The notes beneath the pieces are model-generated. The model was not told the origin of the DNA, ran no database searches, and saw only the letters and a program-made list of their open reading frames with translations. A DNA stretch of 64,000 bases from Thermoanaerobaculia bacterium (GTDB lineage Bacteria > Acidobacteriota > Thermoanaerobaculia > UBA5066). Both the position numbers and the translations under genes were made by a program. Shown in pieces: positions 1 through 8,469 of this stretch. The stretch spans positions 1,856,001 to 1,920,000 of the forward strand of contig CAVRAY010000001.1 of assembly GCA_963719225.1 (NCBI GenBank). Direction: 5' to 3'. Each line of letters begins with the position of its first letter. Positions within the stretch are counted from its first letter, which is position 1.

Positions 1-1
1 C

Positions 2-376
2 GTGAAGAACCGCACGATGACCGCGAAGGAATGGAACGGCGAGGTCGTCTTCCTGCGCAAGGTCGCGGACGGCACGGCCGACCGCTCGTACGGCGTGCAG
101 GTGGCGCGCCTGGCGGGCATCCCGGAAGGCGTGCTCGCGCGGGCTCGCGAGATCCTCGGCAATCTCGAGCGGCAGCAGATGGACGTCGGCGGACGGCCGC
201 GCCTCGCCGAGCACGCGGGCGAGCCGCCGCCGCCGAACACGCAGCTCGACCTCTTCCGCGGGCAGGGCGAGCTCGTCCTCGACGCGCTCGGCCGCGTGGA
301 CGTGAACCAGCTCACCCCGCTCGCCGCGCTCCAGCTCCTCGCCTCCTTGCAGCATCGGTTGCGGGGAGAGGAATGA
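2..376 (+). CDS. mutS: DNA mismatch repair protein MutS, C-terminal fragment (gene starts before the window)
   Basis: [35 protein letters not shown] is the MutS C-terminal signature; QLDLF clamp-binding-like motif; terminal [13 protein letters not shown] helix. Confidence 0.95.
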   Translation: MKNRTMTAKEWNGEVVFLRKVADGTADRSYGVQVARLAGIPEGVLARAREILGNLERQQMDVGGRPRLAEHAGEPPPPNTQLDLFRGQGELVLDALGRVDVNQLTPLAALQLLASLQHRLRGEE

Positions 377-560
377 AGAGAAGAAAGAAAGTTTTGTTTC
401 GGAAAAGAGAAGAGAAGAAAGAATTGCTTAGAAGGTGAATAGGGCTTCGGATTCGCCGTCGCGGTTCGTGGTTGGTCTGAGCGGCCCCCAGCTCTCGGAT
501 TCGGAGCGCACATTGCTCGTTGCGCTTCGGCCGCTCGGCATCTTTCTTTCTAAGCAGAAT
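373..560. repeat. Dispersed purine-tract/CTTAGAA motif, convergent group 1
   Basis: Purine tract 373-423 then TTGCTTAGAAGGTGAAT (424-440, +); reverse copy TTTCTAAGCAGAAT at ~547-560. Confidence 0.8.
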
Positions 561-1511
561 CTCCAAACTCCCTCACAGAGTGCGTCGCTGCTGGAGGCGT
601 TGAGACGGTTGTATTTCCCCGCGCCCCTCCTCTTCATCTCCCAGGAAGGCGGGAGCGAGGATCCCATCGGGCCGCTTCTCGGAACCCCGTGCGCGTCGGC
701 CGCTGCGTGCGCGGCGGCGGGGACGGACCGCGTGCACGAGAACGCGTACCTCATGGGGCGCGCCGCGCGGCTCCTGGGCTTCGACGTGAATCTGGCTCCG
801 GTGCTGGACCTTGCGCAGCCGGGCACGGGCGCCGTCGTCCTCGAAGGACGTTGCTTCGGCTTTCACGCCGAGGACGTCGTGCTCTCGGGGATGATGTTCC
901 TGCACGGGCTCGCGCGCGCGGGCCTCGCGACCGCGGTGAAGCATTTTCCCGGGCTCGGCCGTGCGGGGATGGACACCCGTGTCGCGCGGCCCGCCGTGGA
1001 TGCCCACGACGTGGACCTCATGGTGACCGACGTCGCGCCCTTCACGAAGCTCGCACGGGGCGCGGACGCCGTCGTCGTGGGGCACGCGGCATACCCCGGC
1101 TTCACGGGTGATGACACCCCCGCGTCCCTTTCACCGAAGCTCCTTGGGATCCTGCGCGGTGCCGTCCGCTTCGAGGGCGTCTCGCTCGCGGACGACCTCG
1201 TGAAGGGCGCCCTCGAGGGGACGCTTCCGGAGCGTGCAGAGCGGGCCGCCCGGGCCGGCTGCGACGCGCTCATCGTCTCGACAGGCAGCGATGCGTGGGA
1301 AGAGTGTGCCGCGCGCGTCGCCGCCCTCGGCGAGGACCCCGCGCGCGACGCCCGCTTCGCGACTCTCCGCCGCCGTGTCGCGGACGCACCGCGTCCGCGG
1401 TTCGACGAAGAGGCGTGGAAGAAGCTGGCAGAGGAGGCCGCTGCCTTCAGTGAACTGCTCAGCAAGCCGAGAAAAAAGAGAGAAGAGAAGGATCTATTCG
1501 GATTTTCTTAG
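435..1511 (+). CDS. GH3 beta-N-acetylhexosaminidase (NagZ)-like protein with degenerate active-site motif
   Basis: QEGG, NLAPVLDL, KHFPGLG, GHAAYP, PASLS and DDL motifs of the GH3 N-terminal domain. Confidence 0.85.
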   Translation: MNRASDSPSRFVVGLSGPQLSDSERTLLVALRPLGIFLSKQNLQTPSQSASLLEALRRLYFPAPLLFISQEGGSEDPIGPLLGTPCASAAACAAAGTDRVHENAYLMGRAARLLGFDVNLAPVLDLAQPGTGAVVLEGRCFGFHAEDVVLSGMMFLHGLARAGLATAVKHFPGLGRAGMDTRVARPAVDAHDVDLMVTDVAPFTKLARGADAVVVGHAAYPGFTGDDTPASLSPKLLGILRGAVRFEGVSLADDLVKGALEGTLPERAERAARAGCDALIVSTGSDAWEECAARVAALGEDPARDARFATLRRRVADAPRPRFDEEAWKKLAEEAAAFSELLSKPRKKREEKDLFGFS

Positions 1512-1572
1512 AAAGGGGTTTTCCTCTTCACCTCCTAAGAAATCTTTTCTTAATCTTCTCTTTCTCTTCGTC
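1469..1572. repeat. Inverted pair of the CTTAGAA motif between convergent genes; probable bidirectional terminator
   Basis: GATTTTCTTAGAAAGGGG (1501-1518) and TTCACCTCCTAAGAAATC (1527-1544), with a purine tract on the left and a pyrimidine tract on the right. Confidence 0.75.
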
Positions 1573-1574
1573 TT

Positions 1575-2006
1575 CTAGAACGGCACGTCGTCGTCGGCAT
1601 CGCCGCCGCCCGCTGCGGCGTCCGGCACCGCCGGCGTCGAAGCGCCGGAGGTGCCGCCGGCATCGGGGCGGCCGCCCAGCATCTTCATGTCGCGCGCCTT
1701 GATCTCGGTGGCGTAGCGCTTCTGGCCGCTCTCCTTGTCGTCCCACGTGCGCGTCTGGAGCGCGCCTTCGATGTAGACGAGGCGGCCCTTCGACAGGTAC
1801 CGCTCGCAGATGCTCGCGAGCTTGTCGAACGCGATGACCGTGTGCCACTCGGTCTTCTCCTGCTTCTGTCCGCTCGCGCGGTCGTTCCACGTTTCCGTCG
1901 TGGCGATGCGCAGCCGCGCGATGGGCACTCCGCCAGTGGTGGCGCGCATTTCCGGGTCGGCCCCGAGGTGGCCGATGAGGATCACCTTGTTCACGGATCC
2001 AGCCAT
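1575..2006 (-). CDS. ssb: Single-stranded DNA-binding protein
   Basis: SVNKVILIGHLGADPE, TEWH, VYIEGALQTRTW, acidic DDDVPF tail. Confidence 0.97.
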   Translation of the reverse strand: MAGSVNKVILIGHLGADPEMRATTGGVPIARLRIATTETWNDRASGQKQEKTEWHTVIAFDKLASICERYLSKGRLVYIEGALQTRTWDDKESGQKRYATEIKARDMKMLGGRPDAGGTSGASTPAVPDAAAGGGDADDDVPF

Positions 2007-2046
2007 GTCCGTCCTCCGATCGTTCGGATCCTACAATCGGTCCGGT

Positions 2047-3609
2047 TTGAGCGAAACGCGGAAGCTGGTCCGGTCGGCCTGGGGCATCACCGCATGGACG
2101 GCGGTATCACGGGCGGCGGGCGTCCTGCGCGACGCGACGATCGCCCGCTTCCTCGGCGCGTCGGCCTTGTCGGACGCGTTCTACACGGCCTTCCGCATCC
2201 CGAACACGTTCCGGGCGATCGTGGGGGAGGGCGGCCTTCCGGGCGCCTTCGTGCCCATCGCGAAGAAAGTCGAGCGCGAGCGGCCGGGCGAGGAGGGCGT
2301 CTACGCAGGCCGCGTCCTGGCCCTGCTCCTCTGCGTCCTCGTCGCGCTCGTGGCTCTCGGGATCCTCTTTGCCGGCTCGATCGTCGCCCTCTTCGCGAAC
2401 GGCTTCAAGACGACGCCCGGGAAGTTCGAGCTGACCGTGCGCTTGACGCGCTGGATGTTCCCGTACGTCCTCCTCGTTTCCGCCGCGGCCCTCCTCGAGG
2501 CCTACCTGAACGCGAAGGGCTTCTTCCAGCTGTCGGCTGCCACCCCCATCGCCTGGAACCTCGCGATCGTCGCCGCCGCGTGGGCTCTCGCGCCCGCCGG
2601 CGTCTCGCCGCTCACGGCGCTCACGGTCGGCGTCCTCGTGGGCGGTTTTCTCCAGGTCGCTCTGCAGGGGCCCGCCGTGCGGCGGCTCGGCCTGCGCTTC
2701 TCGGGCTCGCCGTTCCGCGACAAGGAAGTGAAGCGGACGGCTCTTCAGATCGCCCCGCGCCTCTATGGCTACGGCGTCGGCCAGCTCTCGTTCCTCGTGT
2801 CGACCCGCACGCTCGCGGCGCTCGGAGACGCTTTCGTGACGTACAACTTCTGCGCGTGGCGCGTCACGGACTTCGTCCTCGGCGGATTCGTCGTCTCGAT
2901 CACGCGGGCGATCCTGCCGTCCCTCTCGGACCAGGCGCTCGAGTCGGACCGGACGGCCTACCGCGGCACGATCGCGTTTGCGCTGCGGCTCATCGGCTTC
3001 ATCACGATCCCCTCGACGGTGGGGCTCTGGCTCCTCGCGACGCCGCTCATCGACGTCGTCTTCCGCCGGGGCCGCTTCGGGGCGGCAGACGTGGACATGA
3101 CGGCCCTCGCGGTCGGCTTCTTCGCGCTCGGCCTCTTCGCGGCTGCGGGAGTGAAGGTGCTCACGCAGGCTTTCTACGCGCTCCACGACACCCGCACGCC
3201 GGTTTTCGTTGCCACGTTCGACCTCGCCGTGTTTTGGGCGCTCTGCGTCGCGCTCGCGGGCCCGATGCGCCACGCGGGGGTCGCGCTCGCGACGGCGGCG
3301 GGCTTCTGGATCAACTTCCTCGCGCTTCTGGCCCTCCTGAGGAAGCGGCTCGGGAGGCTCGGGGGGCGCGCGATCGGGACCGGACTCTTCCGGTTGGCGC
3401 TCGCGAGCCTCGGGATGGGGGCGATCGTGTGGGCGGTCTCGGAGAAGCTTCTGCCTTACCGGGTGGTCTGGGGCCTGCCGCTCCGGATCGGCTGGGTCGG
3501 TGCCGTCGCGGCGTTCGGTGCGGTGACGTTCGTCGCCTTCGCGAAGCTCCTCGGCGCGCCGGAAGTCGACGAGGTCCTGGGTGCATTCCGGAAGAAACAG
3601 GCAGCGTGA
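2047..3609 (+). CDS. murJ: Lipid II flippase MurJ (MviN)
   Basis: SRAAGVLRD, DAFYTAFRIPNTFR, GEG..AFVP, FYALHDTRTP; TTG start at 2047 chosen to avoid overlap with ssb. Confidence 0.93.
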   Translation: MSETRKLVRSAWGITAWTAVSRAAGVLRDATIARFLGASALSDAFYTAFRIPNTFRAIVGEGGLPGAFVPIAKKVERERPGEEGVYAGRVLALLLCVLVALVALGILFAGSIVALFANGFKTTPGKFELTVRLTRWMFPYVLLVSAAALLEAYLNAKGFFQLSAATPIAWNLAIVAAAWALAPAGVSPLTALTVGVLVGGFLQVALQGPAVRRLGLRFSGSPFRDKEVKRTALQIAPRLYGYGVGQLSFLVSTRTLAALGDAFVTYNFCAWRVTDFVLGGFVVSITRAILPSLSDQALESDRTAYRGTIAFALRLIGFITIPSTVGLWLLATPLIDVVFRRGRFGAADVDMTALAVGFFALGLFAAAGVKVLTQAFYALHDTRTPVFVATFDLAVFWALCVALAGPMRHAGVALATAAGFWINFLALLALLRKRLGRLGGRAIGTGLFRLALASLGMGAIVWAVSEKLLPYRVVWGLPLRIGWVGAVAAFGAVTFVAFAKLLGAPEVDEVLGAFRKKQAA

Positions 3610-3635
3610 AGACCAGCCGCCCATTTGACGGGCTC

Positions 3636-3670
3636 TTGACCGAGGACGCCTGACCATATATGGTAGCCAT
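3636..3670 (+). promoter_or_regulatory. Sigma70-type promoter with palindromic operator of VapBC module 1
   Basis: TTGACC (3636-3641)-17 bp-TATGGT (3659-3664); palindrome ACCATATATGGT 3653-3664; ATG 6 nt after the -10. Confidence 0.7.
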
Positions 3671-3907
3671 ATGTCCTCCACCTTGAAGACGACTGTCTAT
3701 CTCGATGCGACTGAATATCGGAAGCTGAAGACGATTGCCCGGGACGCGGGGAGGGCGCCCGCCGAGCTGATCCGCGAGGCTGTCTCCGAATACGCGAAGC
3801 GTCACGGGCGCAGGCGGCTTCCCACGAGCCTCGGGGCGGGGCGCGGAAGCTCCGAAGATGCGGGCGAACGCGCCGAAGAGCTCCTGACCGGCTTCGGCCG
3901 CTCCTGA
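3671..3907 (+). CDS. Ribbon-helix-helix (CopG-like) antitoxin
   Basis: KTTVYLD..AELIREAVSEY RHH pattern; coupled to a PIN gene. Confidence 0.85.
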   Translation: MSSTLKTTVYLDATEYRKLKTIARDAGRAPAELIREAVSEYAKRHGRRRLPTSLGAGRGSSEDAGERAEELLTGFGRS

Positions 3908-4320
3908 TGATCGTCGCCGACACGGGAGCCGTATACGCCCTCGTCGACTCACGGGATCGAAACTACCGAATCCTCCGAGCCCTTTTCGAGTCCGATCCGG
4001 ACGCCTGGGTCCTTCCCTGGGCGATTCTTCCCGAGGTGGACTACCTCGTCGGAAAACGTCTTGGAAAGAAAGTCGAGGAAGCCTTCTTGGGGGATCTCGC
4101 AGATGGGCGTTTTGCGGTGGCCTGGGGAGACGAAGGAGATCTGGCCGAAGCGTTCCGCATCTGCCGACGGCATCGCGCCTTGAATCTCGGCCTCGTGGAT
4201 GCGGTGGTCATGGCGGTCGCCGAGCGGCTCGAGGCCACCGCCATCGCGACGCTCGACGTTCGCGATTTCGGCGCCGTGAAGTTGAAGGGCGAGCCGAAGC
4301 TATATCCCAGGGACCTCTAA
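3907..4320 (+). CDS. PIN-domain toxin, VapC family
   Basis: IVADTG, LPEVDY, LGLVDA, IATLD.RDF acidic PIN residues. Confidence 0.9.
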   Translation: MIVADTGAVYALVDSRDRNYRILRALFESDPDAWVLPWAILPEVDYLVGKRLGKKVEEAFLGDLADGRFAVAWGDEGDLAEAFRICRRHRALNLGLVDAVVMAVAERLEATAIATLDVRDFGAVKLKGEPKLYPRDL

Positions 4321-4345
4321 ACTCGAGCCGTCACGCGAGGCGAGA

Positions 4346-4708
4346 ATGATCGACAAAATCAATCTCCGCGAGAAGTTGGCGCGGTTCACGGCCCGCTGGG
4401 ATCCGAAGATCGTGGCCGAGCTGAATGGCCAGCACGTGAAGCTCGTGAAGTTCGAAGGGCCTTTCATCTGGCACCGACACGAAAACGAGGACGAGCTCTT
4501 CCTCGTCGTCGAGGGGGAGTTCGTGATGGAGTTCCGCGACGGCTCGATTCCGATTCGCGCGGGCGAGCTCATCGTCGTGCCGCGCGGCACCGAGCACCGG
4601 CCGGTCGCCGCAAAGGAAGTCCACGTTCTCCTCTTCGAGCCCGTCTCGACGGTCAACACCGGAGACGCCGGCGGAGAGAGGACCGTGGCCGCGCCGGAAC
4701 GGATCTGA
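4346..4708 (+). CDS. Cupin domain protein
   Basis: FIWHRHENEDELFLV and VPRGTEHRP cupin motifs. Confidence 0.9.
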   Translation: MIDKINLREKLARFTARWDPKIVAELNGQHVKLVKFEGPFIWHRHENEDELFLVVEGEFVMEFRDGSIPIRAGELIVVPRGTEHRPVAAKEVHVLLFEPVSTVNTGDAGGERTVAAPERI

Positions 4709-4715
4709 TCAACCC

Positions 4716-5429
4716 ATGAAGACGCTCGGCATCGTCGGAGGCATCGCGCCGGAGTCGACGATCGAGTACTACCGCCTCCTCATGGCTTCGTATCGCGAGA
4801 GGGTGACCGATGGCAGCGCCCCCTCCATCGTCATCGACAGCATCGACCTGAAGAAGCTCCTCGACCTCACGGCGGCGGGCGATCTGGAGGGCCTGACGTC
4901 CTACCTGGTCGGCGAAGTGCGCCTTCTCGCGCGGGCGGGAGCCGCGCTGGGCCTCGTCGCCGCCAACACGCCGCACATCGTCTTCGACGAAGTTCTCCGG
5001 CAGTCGCCGATCCCTCTCGTCAGCATCGTGGAAGCGACGTGCGCCGCCGCGAAAGCACTCGGGCTGAAGAAGGTCGCTCTCTTCGGGACGCGATTCACGA
5101 TGCACGGGCGCTTCTACCCCGACGTCTTCTCGCGGGAAGGGATCGCGCTCGTCCTTCCGGCCGATGACGACCTGGCTTTCATTCACGACAGTTACGTAGG
5201 CGAGCTCGTCAAGGGCATTTACCGCCCGGAGACACGCGAGAAGCTCCTCGCGATCGTCGGGCGGATGCGGGAAGACGAAGGCATAGACGGAGTGATCCTC
5301 GGCGGGACGGAGCTGCCCCTCATCCTGAGAAGCGAGACGGCGAGCGGCATCCCCCTCCTCGACACGACGCGCCTCCACGTGGAGGCGGCTCTGGACGAGC
5401 TTCTCGGAAGACCCGCTAGAGGACCTTGA
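4716..5429 (+). CDS. Aspartate/glutamate racemase family protein lacking the canonical cysteines
   Basis: MKTLGIVGGIAPESTIEYY, ANTPH, LFGTRFTM, GGTELP. Confidence 0.88.
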   Translation: MKTLGIVGGIAPESTIEYYRLLMASYRERVTDGSAPSIVIDSIDLKKLLDLTAAGDLEGLTSYLVGEVRLLARAGAALGLVAANTPHIVFDEVLRQSPIPLVSIVEATCAAAKALGLKKVALFGTRFTMHGRFYPDVFSREGIALVLPADDDLAFIHDSYVGELVKGIYRPETREKLLAIVGRMREDEGIDGVILGGTELPLILRSETASGIPLLDTTRLHVEAALDELLGRPARGP

Positions 5430-6336
5430 TCGGGACCGGGGCGAAGCAGAGGACGAAGATGAGAAGCACGGCCGCCGCGACGATCTTGCGGGGAAAGTCG
5501 AGCGGCTCGCTCTCGTTCGCGACCGGTGGATGGCGGAGGCCGGTCACGAGCGTGAAGACGACCCACACCCACCAGCCCGGCCACTTCAGGCCCAGCACTG
5601 CGAGTACGACGAGGAGAGGCAGCGCGAGGACGCGCTGGAAACGCCCGAAGACGGCATAGACCGTGTGGCCGCCGTCGAGCTGCCCGAGAGGGAGCAGGTT
5701 CAGCGCCGTGACGAAGAGGCCGAACCACGCGGCGAGGAAGACCGGATGCTCGATGACGTCCACGCTCGTGTAGGCCGAGCCGGCGAAGACCTTCTGGAAG
5801 AGCTGGACGAGGACCGGGTACTGGAAGATCACCGTTCCCTCCGAGAGCGCGGGCGACGGGTTGACGCGCGAGTGCGAAACGCCCCACGCGAGGAGCGGAA
5901 CGGCCACGGCGAACCCGGCGATCGGTCCGGCGACCGCCATGTCGAAGAGCTGGCGCTTGTCGCGGATCTGCTCTCGGATGCGGATGAAGGCGCCCATCGT
6001 TCCGACGAGCGAGATCTGCGGCGGAAACGGGATGAAGTAGGGAGGAGAGGCGTCGATGCCGTAACGGCGGCACACCAGGTAGTGGCCGAGCTCGTGCGCC
6101 AGAAGGATGGCGAGGAGCGGGAGCGAGAACACGAGCCCTTCCTTGAAAAGCCGGGGATCGAGGAGAGAGGGCGCCTTCTCGATTCGAAGAAGAAGAGCCG
6201 GACGGAATCCGGCCGCGAAGACGAGACCTGCGTACGTGGTCGTCAGGAAGGTGGCGGCGAAGAGCAGGCCGTGAAGCCACCACCGCTCCTTCCGCCGCGG
6301 CGCGGCGGCCGGCGCACCCGCGTCGGACTCGCTCAT
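5416..6336 (-). CDS. Site-2 protease (M50 family) intramembrane metalloprotease
   Basis: HELGH, AGP, NLLPLGQLDGGH. Confidence 0.92.
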   Translation of the reverse strand: MSESDAGAPAAAPRRKERWWLHGLLFAATFLTTTYAGLVFAAGFRPALLLRIEKAPSLLDPRLFKEGLVFSLPLLAILLAHELGHYLVCRRYGIDASPPYFIPFPPQISLVGTMGAFIRIREQIRDKRQLFDMAVAGPIAGFAVAVPLLAWGVSHSRVNPSPALSEGTVIFQYPVLVQLFQKVFAGSAYTSVDVIEHPVFLAAWFGLFVTALNLLPLGQLDGGHTVYAVFGRFQRVLALPLLVVLAVLGLKWPGWWVWVVFTLVTGLRHPPVANESEPLDFPRKIVAAAVLLIFVLCFAPVPIKVL

Positions 6337-6340
6337 CGGG

Positions 6341-6679
6341 TCAGGAGGGCGTGCCGGAGGGGGGCGGCCCGGGGGGCGCGGATTTCACGGCCGGCTCGTC
6401 GGGTGGGCCGGTCATGTCGCGCAGCTCCTTGCCCGGCTTGAACCGGATCGTGAAGCCGGGGGGAATCTGCACTTCCTCGGTGGGACGTTTCGGGTTGCGG
6501 CCGATGCCGCGTTTTCTCGGCTTGACCAGGAACACGCCGAACCCGCGCAGCTCGATGCGCTCGCCGCGTGACAGCGCCTGGCGCAGCACGTCGATGATCG
6601 TCTCGACGGCTTGCGTCGCCTTCTGGCGCCCGACGCCGGCCGCTTCCGCGACCGCATTGATGATGTCGTTCTTGATCAC
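6341..6679 (-). CDS. HU/IHF family nucleoid-associated protein with Pro-rich tail
   Basis: IELRGFGVF, GRNPK, FKPGKELR. Confidence 0.92.
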   Translation of the reverse strand: MIKNDIINAVAEAAGVGRQKATQAVETIIDVLRQALSRGERIELRGFGVFLVKPRKRGIGRNPKRPTEEVQIPPGFTIRFKPGKELRDMTGPPDEPAVKSAPPGPPPSGTPS

Positions 6680-6748
6680 GTGGGGGAGAGTCTACCCGTC
6701 CTCGGGCATCTCGTTCAAATCGCGTCGGTTGAGCGGTTCCCCCACCCT

Positions 6749-8014
6749 TCAGAGGCGGCCGAGGCGCCTTTTCAGGAGAACGATCTCGAGGGCCGTCGCC
6801 GCCATCGCGGCGAGACGCTTCAGCGCCGCCACGGACGGAGGTCGCCCGTCGGTTTCCGCCTCGCCATAGAGATAGAGGACGGTCTTGCCCTTGAGGTTGA
6901 CCGGGACGACGGCCATGAGCCCGAGGCCGTCCGACGCGAGGGCTTCGAGCGTCGAGGCCGTTCCGGGAAGGTCCGGCTGCGGACCGACGTAGAACCCTTC
7001 CGTGTTGCGCAGCGTCGCGAAGACGGAGGGCTCCGCGTCCGGCAGATGCAGCGAGGAGAACGCGGAAGCGGCCGGCCGCGCCGCCCAACCCCTCACGTGG
7101 TCGGGATACGCGATGAAGAGCGCCGCGCGGCGGACGTGGCGCATCGACTCTTCGAGCACGGCGTCGGCGATGTCGTCACGGTTTCGCGCCGCGCCGAGGC
7201 GCGCCACGAGGCGCTCCTCGCCCTCCGGCTCGCCTCCGGTCTCGGCGCCCGGTTCCTCGAGCCGCCGCGGGAATTCCATCGAATCCGGCGCCGGATCGAT
7301 GGACGCGAGCGGGTCCTCGAAGATTTCCGATTCCATGCGCCGCGCCGTGACCGCGAGCGATGCCGTGGGCGCGAGCTCCGTCGTGGACTGCCACGGGTCG
7401 CCCTGATCGAGTCGCCGTGACCGTCGTGGATAGGGCGTGCTGAGATCGGGCGGGGGCGGAACGACGCGCAGGTCCGGCCGGCTCTTCGAGCGCGGCAATC
7501 GGGCCGGTAGCGTCGGCTCGTCCGGGTCGGCCTCGGTGGCGGGTTGCGTCTCGCGGAGGTAGGCGGCTGCGGAGAGGTAACGCGGCTCGACGTCGGCCGC
7601 GTAGTAACGATAGAGGAGCGCGTAGATGCGCACTTCGAGCGCAGCATGGGGAACGATGCGGAATCCCGTGAGGGCCGTGAGCTCGTCGAGAGCGGCGAGG
7701 TCGCCCGGATCGCGCATCGCGACCGCGAGCGTGCGCCCGTCGCGGCGAAACGGCACCGCGTGCAGCCGCTGGGCGACGCGGCCGGGGACGAGGCGCAGGA
7801 CGTCCGCGCGGATCAGCTCGAGCGCCTCCGGGGAAGCGGGGGGCACCCGATGCTGCACGGAGAGGCCGTGAAGAATGACCTCCTCGGAAGCCTCCTCTTC
7901 GAGCAACGCCGTTCCGAACCGGCCGTGCTGACGCACCTGTCGCATCACGGCGCGGTTTCGCTGCTCGTCGGTGATGAGAGTCTTTTCGATGAGGAGGTCG
8001 CCCAGCCGCGGCAT
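6749..8014 (-). CDS. MshEN/GspE-N-terminal domain protein with C-terminal GAF-like region, no ATPase
   Basis: RLGDLLIEKTLIT...GRFGTALL, AVPF..LAVAMRDP; no Walker A motif. Confidence 0.75.
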   Translation of the reverse strand: MPRLGDLLIEKTLITDEQRNRAVMRQVRQHGRFGTALLEEEASEEVILHGLSVQHRVPPASPEALELIRADVLRLVPGRVAQRLHAVPFRRDGRTLAVAMRDPGDLAALDELTALTGFRIVPHAALEVRIYALLYRYYAADVEPRYLSAAAYLRETQPATEADPDEPTLPARLPRSKSRPDLRVVPPPPDLSTPYPRRSRRLDQGDPWQSTTELAPTASLAVTARRMESEIFEDPLASIDPAPDSMEFPRRLEEPGAETGGEPEGEERLVARLGAARNRDDIADAVLEESMRHVRRAALFIAYPDHVRGWAARPAASAFSSLHLPDAEPSVFATLRNTEGFYVGPQPDLPGTASTLEALASDGLGLMAVVPVNLKGKTVLYLYGEAETDGRPPSVAALKRLAAMAATALEIVLLKRRLGRL

Positions 8015-8064
8015 GATTCCTCGAAACTCCATTTTACACGGCCCCTGCCTGTAGAATCGCGCGC

Positions 8065-8469
8065 ATGAGCGAGCGGCCCATTCGCGTTCTCGTGGCGAAG
8101 CCCGGTCTCGACGGGCACGATCGCGGCGCGAAGGTCATCGCGCGCGCGCTTCGCGACGCCGGAATGGAGGTCATCTACTCCGGCCTCAGGCAGACGCCCC
8201 GCCAGATCGCCGCTGCGGCCGTCCAGGAGGACGTCGACGTCGTGGGCCTCTCGATCCTTTCCGGCGCCCACAATGTCCTCGTTCCCGAGGTGATCGACGC
8301 CTTGAAGGAAAGCGGCGGCGAAGGCATCGCCGTCGTCGTGGGCGGAATCATTCCCGAGAAGGACATCGCTCCGCTCAAGGCCCGCGGCGTCCGCGACATC
8401 TTCCTTCCGGGAACGACCACCGGCGCAACGGTCGACGCCATCCGCCGCCTCGCGGGCGAGAGGGCGTGA
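8065..8469 (+). CDS. Cobalamin-binding subunit of a methylmalonyl/acyl-CoA mutase
   Basis: [28 protein letters not shown]. Confidence 0.93.
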   Translation: MSERPIRVLVAKPGLDGHDRGAKVIARALRDAGMEVIYSGLRQTPRQIAAAAVQEDVDVVGLSILSGAHNVLVPEVIDALKESGGEGIAVVVGGIIPEKDIAPLKARGVRDIFLPGTTTGATVDAIRRLAGERA

